Under the pieces are notes generated by a model. That model saw only the letters and a list, made by a program, of their open reading frames with translations, had not been told where the DNA came from and did not search any database. Shown here piece by piece: positions 17,324 to 24,754 of a DNA stretch of 40,248 bases (its first letter is position 1; each line of letters starts with the position of its first letter). Source of the stretch: a virus. The translations under genes and the position numbers were made by a program. Location: IMG/VR virus record IMGVR_UViG_3300002098_000013; one strand, given 5' to 3'.

Positions 17324-17422
17324 ATGAGTCGCCTGCCCCCGGAAGCCTTCGCCATTCTGGCCTTGCTAGGTTTTGCCTGCCTGTCAGCGATGCTTGCGCT
17401 GTGCGCCGCCCCGCTCCGTTAA
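17324..17422 (+). CDS. Possible 32-aa membrane peptide
   Basis: MSRLPPEAFAILALLGFACLSAMLALCAAPLR. Its ATG overlaps (ATGA) the stop of a 21-aa micro-ORF at 17262-17327 (MKTKDPATLRATIKADRAFLV). No clear RBS. Confidence 0.25.
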   Translation: MSRLPPEAFAILALLGFACLSAMLALCAAPLR

Positions 17423-17434
17423 AGGATACCCCGA

Positions 17435-17833
17435 ATGAACCCCCCCGTTGAAACCCTGCCAGCCGCTCTGATTGAGCGGCTGGCCGCCTGCATCCCGGGC
17501 AACAAGAATGATATCGCCTCAATCGAGATGATCCTGGACCTCGAAGGCTATGACACCACAGACCCCGCCTGGGTGAAGGCGTGCCGCAAGCGCGCCGCCT
17601 GGGTGATCCGCGACGAGCGGGCCAGCTATGGCGCGCTGGCCACCTTCATCAACGCGCGCATGACCAACGAGGAAATTGGTAAGGAGATCGGCTTGCCGAA
17701 GTCTACTGTGCAGGCGATGGGTGCGGGCCGCGTGCCCGAACGATACACGCCCGCGCAGCGCGCAGCTTTCCACAAACTGCTTGATTTTGCCGAGGGGCAG
17801 ATACGCGAAGCGCGGGGCCTGCTTGGGCAGTAA
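17435..17833 (+). CDS. Putative HTH DNA-binding protein
   Basis: 132 aa. The segment MTNEEIGKEIGLPKSTVQAMGAGRVPE looks like a helix-turn-helix. It is followed by a rho-independent terminator. Confidence 0.55.
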   Translation: MNPPVETLPAALIERLAACIPGNKNDIASIEMILDLEGYDTTDPAWVKACRKRAAWVIRDERASYGALATFINARMTNEEIGKEIGLPKSTVQAMGAGRVPERYTPAQRAAFHKLLDFAEGQIREARGLLGQ

Positions 17834-17838
17834 TCGTA

Positions 17839-17880
17839 AAACCCGATCAATCTTTGCGGATTGACCGGGTTTTTCGTTTT
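17839..17880 (+). terminator. Rho-independent terminator
   Basis: AAACCCGATCAATC-TTTGCG-GATTGACCGGGTTT forms a 14-bp stem with one mismatch. It is followed by TTTCGTTTT, immediately after the stop at 17833. Confidence 0.7.
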
Positions 17881-17934
17881 GTGAAACGCCGCGAAAGCTG
17901 CCAAACAAGGCGAAGTGATTCGGGAGGAACCGGA

Positions 17935-18612
17935 ATGTCTTTTGCGCTTACCCTCGCCCAAGTGGGCGAACTTAACCCCCGCGCGGGCAGGCACGCCTCC
18001 GCGCTCAATCACCTGCCCGCTGATGCGGCGATCACCGCCCCGCAGGCACTCGCGGCGGGCTGCACTTTCGCCGAACTCGTTTGGCTGGTGTGCGCGCGGG
18101 CGCGTAAAGACCCCGCCGTCGAGCGCAGCGTACGGTTGTGGCTTGCGGATTGCGCCGCGCACGTCCTGCCCGTTTTTTACAAAGCGGCCCCCACCGATCT
18201 CCGCCCCGCGCAAGCGATCGAGGCGGCTCGATCCTTCGCCAACGGCAAAATACCGGCCGCTGCTCGGGCCGCTGCTTGGGCCGCTGCTCGGGCCGCTGCT
18301 CGGGCCGCTGCTCGGGCCGCTGCTTGGGCCGCTGCGGAGGACGCTGCGGAGGACGCTGCTCGGGCCGCTGCTTGGGCCGCTGCTTGGGCCGCTGCTTGGG
18401 CCGCTGCTCGGGCCGCTGCTCGGGCCGCTGATCGGGCCGCTGCTTGGGCCGCTGTTTGGGCCGCTGCTCGGGCCGCTGCTGGGGACGCTGCGGGGGCCGC
18501 TGCGGGGGCCGCTGCTGGGGACGCTGAAAGAGTTTGGCAGTTAGACCGGCTCATTATGTGGCTTTCCGACGTGGAACCTGAAGTGCTCGCGCTGCCGGAG
18601 CCGGGCGCGTGA
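17935..18612 (+). CDS. Ala/Trp/Arg 4-residue-repeat protein with an Imm5-like N-terminal region
   Basis: 225 aa from the ATG at 17935 (GGGAGGAACCGGA RBS). The N-terminal part (RLWLADCAAHVLPVFYKAAPTDLRPAQAIEAARSFANGKI) resembles, from memory, 'putative immunity protein' (Imm-5-like) domains. About 22 AAxA units follow (AARAAAWAAARAAAR...). Confidence 0.65.
   Translation: MSFALTLAQVGELNPRAGRHASALNHLPADAAITAPQALAAGCTFAELVWLVCARARKDPAVERSVRLWLADCAAHVLPVFYKAAPTDLRPAQAIEAARSFANGKIPAAARAAAWAAARAAARAAARAAAWAAAEDAAEDAARAAAWAAAWAAAWAAARAAARAADRAAAWAAVWAAARAAAGDAAGAAAGAAAGDAERVWQLDRLIMWLSDVEPEVLALPEPGA
18255..18525. repeat. Tandem 12-bp repeat (GCCGCTGCT[CT]GG and variants, about 22 units)
   Basis: Read directly. 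All six frames are open across it, which explains several overlapping track ORFs there. Confidence 0.9.
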
Positions 18613-19070
18613 CCCAAGTACTTTTGGCAATTGACCCCGGCAAGACCGGCGCCATCGCGATTTTCCGCGAGAGGCACTTGGTGGCCATCGGCGCGGCCAC
18701 GGCAAGGGCGTTCGTCGTGAGGCTTTGGGACCTGCCCGGCGCGCGCGTCGTGATTGAGCAAGTCAACGGCGTGCCGGGCCAGTCCGGCCCCGCCAGTTTT
18801 AACTTCGGCAAGGCTTACGGCGAGCTGCTAGGGGTGTGCATCGCGCTCGATGTCGAGCCTGTGCTGATCCGCCCGACAGACTGGAAAGCTGGTTTGGGGC
18901 TGCGCCGCGAGTTCGGCGAGAGCAACGCCAGTTTCAAGCGCAAGTCTCTGGTGATGGCGCGTGAGCTTTGGCCGCAGTACGCCAAGAGCTTCTTCGCGCG
19001 GTCCAAGGATGACGGCGCGGCAGAGGCTGCGCTGCTTGGGCGCTACGCCTTGACACAGGGGATCGTATGA
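18609..19070 (+). CDS. RuvC-like Holliday junction resolvase
   Basis: 153 aa. The GTG start overlaps the upstream stop (GTGA). LLAIDPGKTGAIAIF (first catalytic Asp), VVIEQV, and the C-terminal KDDGAAEAALLG are typical of the RuvC/RNaseH-fold acidic residue arrangement. Confidence 0.75.
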   Translation: MTQVLLAIDPGKTGAIAIFRERHLVAIGAATARAFVVRLWDLPGARVVIEQVNGVPGQSGPASFNFGKAYGELLGVCIALDVEPVLIRPTDWKAGLGLRREFGESNASFKRKSLVMARELWPQYAKSFFARSKDDGAAEAALLGRYALTQGIV

Positions 19071-19315
19071 GCAGCGGAGGCGACCACGGCGGCGGGATCG
19101 TGCTTCGGCACCGCGAGCGACTGGCCGCGCGGAAGAAGTTCACACGGCCAGACCTCGCCGCTGCGGCCATTGCGCGCCGCCACGATCTCGCGGAGCGCGT
19201 AGCGAACGGCGCGACGCCTGCAGAAGCGGGCAGGGACATGGGTCTGAACGCCGAGGTTGTGCGCCGGATGTGGGTGGAAATCTGCCGGGGTCTGGGTGAA
19301 AGCGTGCGGCCGTGA
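19067..19315 (+). CDS. Small hypothetical protein, possible HTH
   Basis: 82 aa, ATGA-coupled to the ruvC-like gene. GATPAEAGRDMGLNAEVVRRMW resembles a LuxR/sigma region 4-type HTH. Confidence 0.5.
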   Translation: MSSGGDHGGGIVLRHRERLAARKKFTRPDLAAAAIARRHDLAERVANGATPAEAGRDMGLNAEVVRRMWVEICRGLGESVRP

Positions 19316-20436
19316 CAGCCTACTATAACGAGCATGATCCTTACGCCGCCGAATGGCTGCGCCGTTTGATCCTGAATGGCCACATTGCGCCCGGTGACGT
19401 TGACGAAAGCGACATACGAGATGTTCGACCCGACGACCTCAAAGGCTACACCCAATGCCACTTCTTCGCCGGAATCGGCGTGTGGAGCCACGCCTTGCGC
19501 CGCGCCGGGTGGCCCGATGATTGGCCAATCTGGACAGGTTCCTGCCCATGTCAACCTTTCAGCGCGGCGGGCGCAAGAGCTGGGTTTGCTGACGAGCGGC
19601 ACCTATGGCCGGCCTTTAACCACCTTATCGGCGAGTGCCGCCCTCCAATCATCGTTGGAGAGCAAGTTGAAAACGCAGGCGACTGGCTCGATCTTGTATC
19701 GACTGACCTGGAAGCACAAGGTTACGCCTTCGGGGCGGCGTTTCTGCCTGCTGCGGGCTTCGGCGGCGCGCATATCCGATCCCGCAGTTACTGGATGGCC
19801 TACCATCGTGGCGACGGACGCGATCAAACAAGGACAAGTGTCGCCGCGCCCGGGCGCGATGGGTTTGAGCGAGACGGCACCTTTGGCGGGATGGACGACC
19901 ACCAACACGGCAGACGCCAAAAAGGCGACGGAATCGCGGGACAGGCCGCGCGGCGTGACGATGCCGGAGCAGGCGCAGTTGTCGAGCTGGGCGACGGCGA
20001 GCAGCCGCGATTGGAAGGACACGCCGGGCATGGCGACCGAGGCGACCAACCCGGACGGATCGGAGCGGACAAGGCTCGACCAGTTGCCCAGGCAAGCGAC
20101 GCTGGCCGGTTGGACGACACCCCAAGCGCACGACACGCAGGGACGCAGCAAGACCCAGAAGGCGATTCACGGCACGAAGCACGGCTGCGCGTGCTTGGCG
20201 TTGGACGCGGACCTGACGCACTGGACGACGGACGACGGCCCAGCGCGCCTATGCTCGGACGGAACTCTGCTGACTGGCTGTTCTGCCGGGATGGCAAGTG
20301 GCGGCCGGTTGAACCCGGCACATCCCCGCTGGTTGATGAGACTCCCGCCCGAGTGGGACGCTTGCGCGCCTTCGGCAATGCCCTCGATGCTGAAACGGCA
20401 ACGCGGTTCCTCGAAGCGGTGATGGCAAGCCTGTGA
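19312..20436 (+). CDS. DNA (cytosine-5) methyltransferase, frame A (N- and C-terminal parts convincing, middle doubtful)
   Basis: GTG start. Motifs present: I-like FFAGIGVW, IV SCPCQPFS, VI-like GEQVEN, VIII-like HIRSRSYW (aa 1-165). The C-terminal ADWLFCRDGKWRPVEPG...RLRAFGNAL carries a motif X-like GNA. Residues ~166-320 are R/G/D-rich, as expected for the off-frame of a GC3-rich gene. Confidence 0.6.
   Translation: MTAYYNEHDPYAAEWLRRLILNGHIAPGDVDESDIRDVRPDDLKGYTQCHFFAGIGVWSHALRRAGWPDDWPIWTGSCPCQPFSAAGARAGFADERHLWPAFNHLIGECRPPIIVGEQVENAGDWLDLVSTDLEAQGYAFGAAFLPAAGFGGAHIRSRSYWMAYHRGDGRDQTRTSVAAPGRDGFERDGTFGGMDDHQHGRRQKGDGIAGQAARRDDAGAGAVVELGDGEQPRLEGHAGHGDRGDQPGRIGADKARPVAQASDAGRLDDTPSARHAGTQQDPEGDSRHEARLRVLGVGRGPDALDDGRRPSAPMLGRNSADWLFCRDGKWRPVEPGTSPLVDETPARVGRLRAFGNALDAETATRFLEAVMASL
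19376..20422 (+). CDS. Overlapping frame-B ORF with methyltransferase-associated motifs
   Basis: 348-aa ORF in the +1 frame relative to frame A. It contains LQSSLESKL...LYRLTWKHKVTPSGRRFCLLRASAARISD. G/S/H-W-x-T motifs recur (GWPT, GWTT, SWAT, GWTT, HWTT). The C-terminus reads GGRLNPAHPRWLMRLPPEWDAC. By eye, codon third positions are overwhelmingly G/C in its central part. Confidence 0.5.
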   Translation: MATLRPVTLTKATYEMFDPTTSKATPNATSSPESACGATPCAAPGGPMIGQSGQVPAHVNLSARRAQELGLLTSGTYGRPLTTLSASAALQSSLESKLKTQATGSILYRLTWKHKVTPSGRRFCLLRASAARISDPAVTGWPTIVATDAIKQGQVSPRPGAMGLSETAPLAGWTTTNTADAKKATESRDRPRGVTMPEQAQLSSWATASSRDWKDTPGMATEATNPDGSERTRLDQLPRQATLAGWTTPQAHDTQGRSKTQKAIHGTKHGCACLALDADLTHWTTDDGPARLCSDGTLLTGCSAGMASGGRLNPAHPRWLMRLPPEWDACAPSAMPSMLKRQRGSSKR

Positions 20437-21767
20437 ACGACCCCCTCTTCCCCTACCAAATTGAAGGCGCCGCGTTTATCGCCGCGCGCCCCCGCGCAGG
20501 GCTGTTCGACGCCCCCGGCTTGGGCAAGACTGCCCAGGCGATCCGCGCAATGGACGAAGCCGGGCTGGTGCGCGGCATCATCGTTTGCCCCGCCAGTGTG
20601 CGCAACGTCTGGCCGGGCGAGTTCCGCAAGTGGTCGCGCACCCCGCGCAAAGTGCTCAAAGGGCTGACCAACGACGATCTGAACCTGTGGCTGCGCGAGC
20701 GCGTCGACGTGCTAGTGGTCAGTTATGAGGGTGCGAGCAAGTGGCACAACGAGTTGCAGCGCGACCTGCGCGACTTCACGATCTTCGACGAGTTCCACGC
20801 GCTCAAGAATATTGGGAGCAACCGCACCCGCCGCGCGCTCGGCTCTGACGGCTCGGGGGCGCACGGATATGCGCGCTACGGCGCCTACACATGGGCGCTC
20901 ACGGGCACCCCGATGGCGAATGACCCCTCAGACATCTGGACATTCCTGCGCTACGTCGGCGGCACGCCGCTATCGTTCAAGAACTTCACCACGCGCTACT
21001 TTATCCAGATCAACAGCGGCATGAGCACCAGCTACAGGCCACGCCGCGACACGCTGCCCGAACTGAAAGAGATTCTGGCGCGCTATTCGATCCGCCGCAC
21101 CGTTGAGCAAGTCGGCATCGAACTGCCGCCGCTGTGGATCACCACGCAGGAGATCGAGGGCTCGACGGCAGAGATCAACGCGCTACTGGCCGCGCACCCC
21201 GGTTTGGACACCGCAATCACGTCGGCGATCGAGAAGGGCGGGCTACAAAAGCTGGACGAGCTGGCCGGGCACGTCACGACGCTGCGCCGTCTGGTGGGCG
21301 AGGCCAAGGCGCCGGTCTACGCGCGGCAGTTGATCGAAGAACTGAACGGCGGCAAGGACAAGGTCGTCGTGTTCTGCGCCCACAAGCGCCCGGTCGAGAT
21401 TCTGTGCGAGGCGCTGCGCCATCACGGTGTCGGTTTCGTCAAGATCGACGGCTCGGTTGGCGACAAATCCAGAGGCGAAGCTGTCGAGGCGTTCCAGACT
21501 AACCCGGCGGTCAAGGTGTTCATCGGCAACATCATCGCCGCCGGGACGGGCATCACCCTGACCGCTGCGCCGTATCTGGACATGCTCGAAATGAGTTGGA
21601 GTCCCGCTGACAACGCCCAAGCGTTAAAGCGCGTCCACCGCATCGGCCAGACGCAGCACACAAATGTGCGCTTCATCAGCCTTGCAAAATCCATCGACGA
21701 GCAGGTTTCGGAAGTGGTTGCGCGGAAGACCCGGGCGATCGTTGACGTACAAGGGGGCGAGATATGA
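20433..21767 (+). CDS. SNF2-family helicase
   Basis: 444 aa. The GTG start overlaps the upstream stop. Motifs: LFPYQIEGAAF, motif I DAPGLGKTAQAI, motif II DEFHALKN, and the helicase C motif VI RVHRIGQT. Confidence 0.85.
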   Translation: MNDPLFPYQIEGAAFIAARPRAGLFDAPGLGKTAQAIRAMDEAGLVRGIIVCPASVRNVWPGEFRKWSRTPRKVLKGLTNDDLNLWLRERVDVLVVSYEGASKWHNELQRDLRDFTIFDEFHALKNIGSNRTRRALGSDGSGAHGYARYGAYTWALTGTPMANDPSDIWTFLRYVGGTPLSFKNFTTRYFIQINSGMSTSYRPRRDTLPELKEILARYSIRRTVEQVGIELPPLWITTQEIEGSTAEINALLAAHPGLDTAITSAIEKGGLQKLDELAGHVTTLRRLVGEAKAPVYARQLIEELNGGKDKVVVFCAHKRPVEILCEALRHHGVGFVKIDGSVGDKSRGEAVEAFQTNPAVKVFIGNIIAAGTGITLTAAPYLDMLEMSWSPADNAQALKRVHRIGQTQHTNVRFISLAKSIDEQVSEVVARKTRAIVDVQGGEI

Positions 21768-22204
21768 GCCGGGCATATGGGGAAGTTGTCGGCGCTGACC
21801 TCGAAGACGCGCAGCGCCGCGCGGAGACGCGGTGGGCGCCTTGGGCCGATGTCGGGATGTTGTGGCGCGTTGAGGCCGTCCGGTATTCGGCCTGCGAGCT
21901 GACCGTGTCGGGCGGCGAGTACTACTTCACCACGGAGCCCCGGCTTGAGATTTTCGGTGAAGAGGTCGGCAAGTGGACGCCTTGCGGCGCGCGGCTGCGC
22001 TATTCCGGGCGCTGGGTCGACTTGCGGGACGGGGCCAAGCAGTACGCCAGCCGCACTGTCGCTGAGGCTGTGGCGCAGTTCGCGCGGCGCCGCAAAGGCC
22101 AGCTTTATATTCTCGCGCGGCAGACGCGTCGCGCGCAAGAAGACCTGTCGCTAACGACCGTGTTTAACCAAGGAGGAAGAAATGCATATCAAGTTGGAGA
22201 TTAA
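21764..22204 (+). CDS. Hypothetical protein
   Basis: 146-aa ORF, ATGA-coupled to the SNF2 gene. No motif was recognised. Confidence 0.55.
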   Translation: MSRAYGEVVGADLEDAQRRAETRWAPWADVGMLWRVEAVRYSACELTVSGGEYYFTTEPRLEIFGEEVGKWTPCGARLRYSGRWVDLRDGAKQYASRTVAEAVAQFARRRKGQLYILARQTRRAQEDLSLTTVFNQGGRNAYQVGD

Positions 22205-22640
22205 TGCCGAGAGCGTCGAAGAGTTCGATGCAGCGGTGGCGCGGTTCTCACCGGGTCGCATCGCGGCCCCGGTGCGCGAACCGCAAGACGCGCGGGGGTC
22301 GACTGCCGCCGAAGCAGAAACCCCCTTGGACCCGCCGGCGACGAAGACGCGCCAGCGCAAGCCGAAAGACGAGCCGGCCCCCGATGCCGGCTCTTCGACC
22401 GCGCCGGATGCTTCGACCCCAAGTGCCCAAACCGAATCCGAGACGGCTTCTGACGAGCACCCCATGCTCGCCCCGAAGACCTTGGCCGAGGTCAAGGCGC
22501 TGGGGAACAAGAAGGTGGGTGAACTCGGCGCCGGGCCGGTCCAGCAGGCGCTGGCCGATAACTTTGGCGTTAAGGCGTTCGGCGGGCTGGACCCTGCCGA
22601 CTACGACCGCGCCTACGCCGTGCTGGACGTGTTGAAATGA
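22182..22640 (+). CDS. Hypothetical protein with disordered acidic/Pro-rich centre
   Basis: 152 aa with a strong RBS (AAGGAGGAAGAA-ATG). It lies immediately upstream of the PD-(D/E)XK nuclease. Confidence 0.6.
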   Translation: MHIKLEINAESVEEFDAAVARFSPGRIAAPVREPQDARGSTAAEAETPLDPPATKTRQRKPKDEPAPDAGSSTAPDASTPSAQTESETASDEHPMLAPKTLAEVKALGNKKVGELGAGPVQQALADNFGVKAFGGLDPADYDRAYAVLDVLK

Positions 22641-23902
22641 AGCACTCACCCTTCGGCGGATCGGCGGCCAGCCGGTTCATGGCCTGCCCCGGGAGCATTG
22701 CGCTCTCGGGGCGGGCGCCCCCCGAACGCTCCAGCCCCTACGCAGAGGAAGGCACCTTCGCCCACGCGGTCGCCGCCGAGGCGCTGGAAACCAGCGCGCG
22801 GTCGACTACAGCGGCCATTGGCAAGATGCTCGCGTTCCGCGACCACGGCGAAAGCAAGACGCGCGAGGTCACCGCAGAGATCAGCAAGGCGGTGGACGTC
22901 TACCTCGAAGCGGTGTGGGATGAGTTTGACCTCGACCCCGACGCGGAGATCGAGGTCGAGCAGGGCTTTGCCTTGGAAATCGAAGCGGCAGAGCCCGGCG
23001 AGGTGTTCGGCACGAACGACGCGCTGATCTACAGCCCGGCGCGGCGCAAGCTGACGATCTTCGACTACAAGCATGGCGCGGGTGTCCTGGTCGACGTCGA
23101 GGACAACACCCAGCTCAAGTTCTACGCGATTGGCGCCATGCAGGGGCACCCCGACTGGGACGTGCGCGAGATCGAACTGGTGATCGTCCAGCCGCGCGCC
23201 TTCTCGGCTGGCGGCGACGGGGTTAAGCGGTGGTCGCTGCCGATGGCGGAGGTTATCGAGTTCCCCTACGAATTGAACGAAGCGGTGGCGGCGTGCAAAG
23301 CGCCAGACGCGCCGCTGGCGGCGGGGGACCATTGCCGCTGGTGCCCGGCCAGCGCAATCTGCACCGCACGCGAGCAGGCCTTCGTCGCCGCAGTGCGCGA
23401 AGACTTCGCAGGCGTCGACCTGATCGGCATCGAGCCAGTGGCACTGGCGATCGATCCCGCGTCTCTGGATTTCGACCACATGGCCGAGCTGGTCGCAGCT
23501 TATGATCGTCTTGGGCCGTGGGTTTCATCGATGCGGACGGCCATGGACGAACACCTGCTGGCCGGCGGAAGCGTCAGGGGGTGGAAGGTTGTCGAGCAGG
23601 TCGGGCGGCGCGCATGGACCGTGGGCGACCAAGAGATCGCGGACTACCTCGAACTCATGTACGACGTGCCCGGGGACGAATTGCGGCCCCGTAAACTGGT
23701 GACGATCACCGACGCGAAGAAGCTGCTCAAGACCTACGTTGGCAAGGGGGAATACGCCGAAGCCGAGCGGGACATGACACTCAAGTTCACCATCAAAGAA
23801 TCGAAGGGGCTGACCACGGCCCCGGAGAGCGACCGCCGGGCGGCAATATCGCCGGTCGCCGCAGAGTTTGGCTCTGTGATGCTCGGAAATGAAAGCGACT
23901 GA
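22637..23902 (+). CDS. PD-(D/E)XK nuclease, Cas4/DUF2800-like
   Basis: 421 aa. The N-terminus is SPFGGSAASRFMACPGS. The nuclease core is DALIYS...LTIFDYKHG. The Cys cluster DHCRWCPASAIC, together with the N-terminal Cys, fits a Cas4-type Fe-S cluster pattern. ATGA-coupled. Confidence 0.8.
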   Translation: MKHSPFGGSAASRFMACPGSIALSGRAPPERSSPYAEEGTFAHAVAAEALETSARSTTAAIGKMLAFRDHGESKTREVTAEISKAVDVYLEAVWDEFDLDPDAEIEVEQGFALEIEAAEPGEVFGTNDALIYSPARRKLTIFDYKHGAGVLVDVEDNTQLKFYAIGAMQGHPDWDVREIELVIVQPRAFSAGGDGVKRWSLPMAEVIEFPYELNEAVAACKAPDAPLAAGDHCRWCPASAICTAREQAFVAAVREDFAGVDLIGIEPVALAIDPASLDFDHMAELVAAYDRLGPWVSSMRTAMDEHLLAGGSVRGWKVVEQVGRRAWTVGDQEIADYLELMYDVPGDELRPRKLVTITDAKKLLKTYVGKGEYAEAERDMTLKFTIKESKGLTTAPESDRRAAISPVAAEFGSVMLGNESD

Positions 23903-24551
23903 CATGACACTGATGGCCGATACCAACATGACCGACGAATGGATCAGGAAGGCGTGCGAGCGCAATCCGATCCGCGTTCTGGACAGCGGCAACATTCTGC
24001 TCTGCCCGACGCGCGGCTCGTTTCTAAACCTGTTCGAGCGGTCTCGCCCGATCCCGCCAGCCACCGAAGGCAGCTATGGCGGCAACCTGATCTTCCCGAC
24101 CTGCGCTGACCTGTCGGTGCTTGAGCAGGCGGTGGTCGACGTTCTGAAAGAGAAGTGCCCCGACGCGCTCTCGGCGGACCCCAAGAAGCGGGTGAAGGTG
24201 AAAAGCCCGTTCAAGGACCAGGGCGATATGCTCAAGTACGAAGGCTACGTTGAAGGGGGGAAGTTCATCTCCGCCACCAGCAAGAAGAACCGCCCGACCT
24301 TGGTCGACGCGCGCCAGCAAATCGTCACCGACGAAACGCTGGTCTACCCTGGTGTATGGGTGGTCTGCACCGTGCGGCCCTTCTGGTACGACAAGGGCGT
24401 CAACAAGGGCGTGTCGTTCGGGCTGCAAAGCGTGATGCTCGTTGCCGATGACAAGAACCTTGGCGGCGGTGGCGGCGGAAACATCGCCGCAGACTTCGCG
24501 GGCGTCAACATCGACGCCGGCGACGTCGACACCACCGGCCTGTTTGACTGA
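23889..24551 (+). CDS. DUF2815-like protein (putative ssDNA-binding protein)
   Basis: 220 aa. GNILLCPTRGSFLNLFE...FKDQGD...GKFISATSKKNRPTLVD...VYPGVWV...GVSFGLQSVMLVADD matches my recollection of DUF2815. That family normally sits next to DUF2800 and PolA. The start could instead be ATG 23904. Confidence 0.7.
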   Translation: MKATDMTLMADTNMTDEWIRKACERNPIRVLDSGNILLCPTRGSFLNLFERSRPIPPATEGSYGGNLIFPTCADLSVLEQAVVDVLKEKCPDALSADPKKRVKVKSPFKDQGDMLKYEGYVEGGKFISATSKKNRPTLVDARQQIVTDETLVYPGVWVVCTVRPFWYDKGVNKGVSFGLQSVMLVADDKNLGGGGGGNIAADFAGVNIDAGDVDTTGLFD

Positions 24552-24601
24552 CAACCTCTGTGCGCCGCTTCGGCGGCGCACAGTTTTCCGAGGAGGGAAA
24601 G

Positions 24602-24754
24602 ATGACCAAGGAAGAACTGGCGGTTGCAAAAATGGTGTCCGACGCTGCGAACCATCCTGATCGAGAGGTGCGTCGGCTCGCCATAGTCGACGAGAGCGTG
24701 CTCCTCGACCGGATCAAGCTGGCCGGGTTCGAGCTGCGGGGCGACAAGCCATGA
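24602..24754 (+). CDS. Small hypothetical protein
   Basis: 50 aa from the ATG at 24602, preceded by GAGGAGGGAAAG. Its stop overlaps the polymerase start (ATGA). Confidence 0.5.
   Translation: MTKEELAVAKMVSDAANHPDREVRRLAIVDESVLLDRIKLAGFELRGDKP

Noticed and set aside
17133-17522. 129-aa minus-strand ORF spanning the 26-bp repeats and the start of the HTH gene.
   Set aside because: It is antisense to the early arm. Its translation partly repeats because of the tandem repeat. It has no RBS and an R/G/P-rich composition.
18255-18525. Regular short repeats that could superficially resemble a CRISPR array. Extra track ORFs also cover them (17915-18544, 18138-18431, and 18177-18761 on the minus strand).
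   Set aside because: The units are 12 bp, contiguous and without spacers, and in frame with a well-initiated gene. The extra ORFs exist only because the repeat is open in every frame. The same logic applies to 16786-16905 and 12717-12830.
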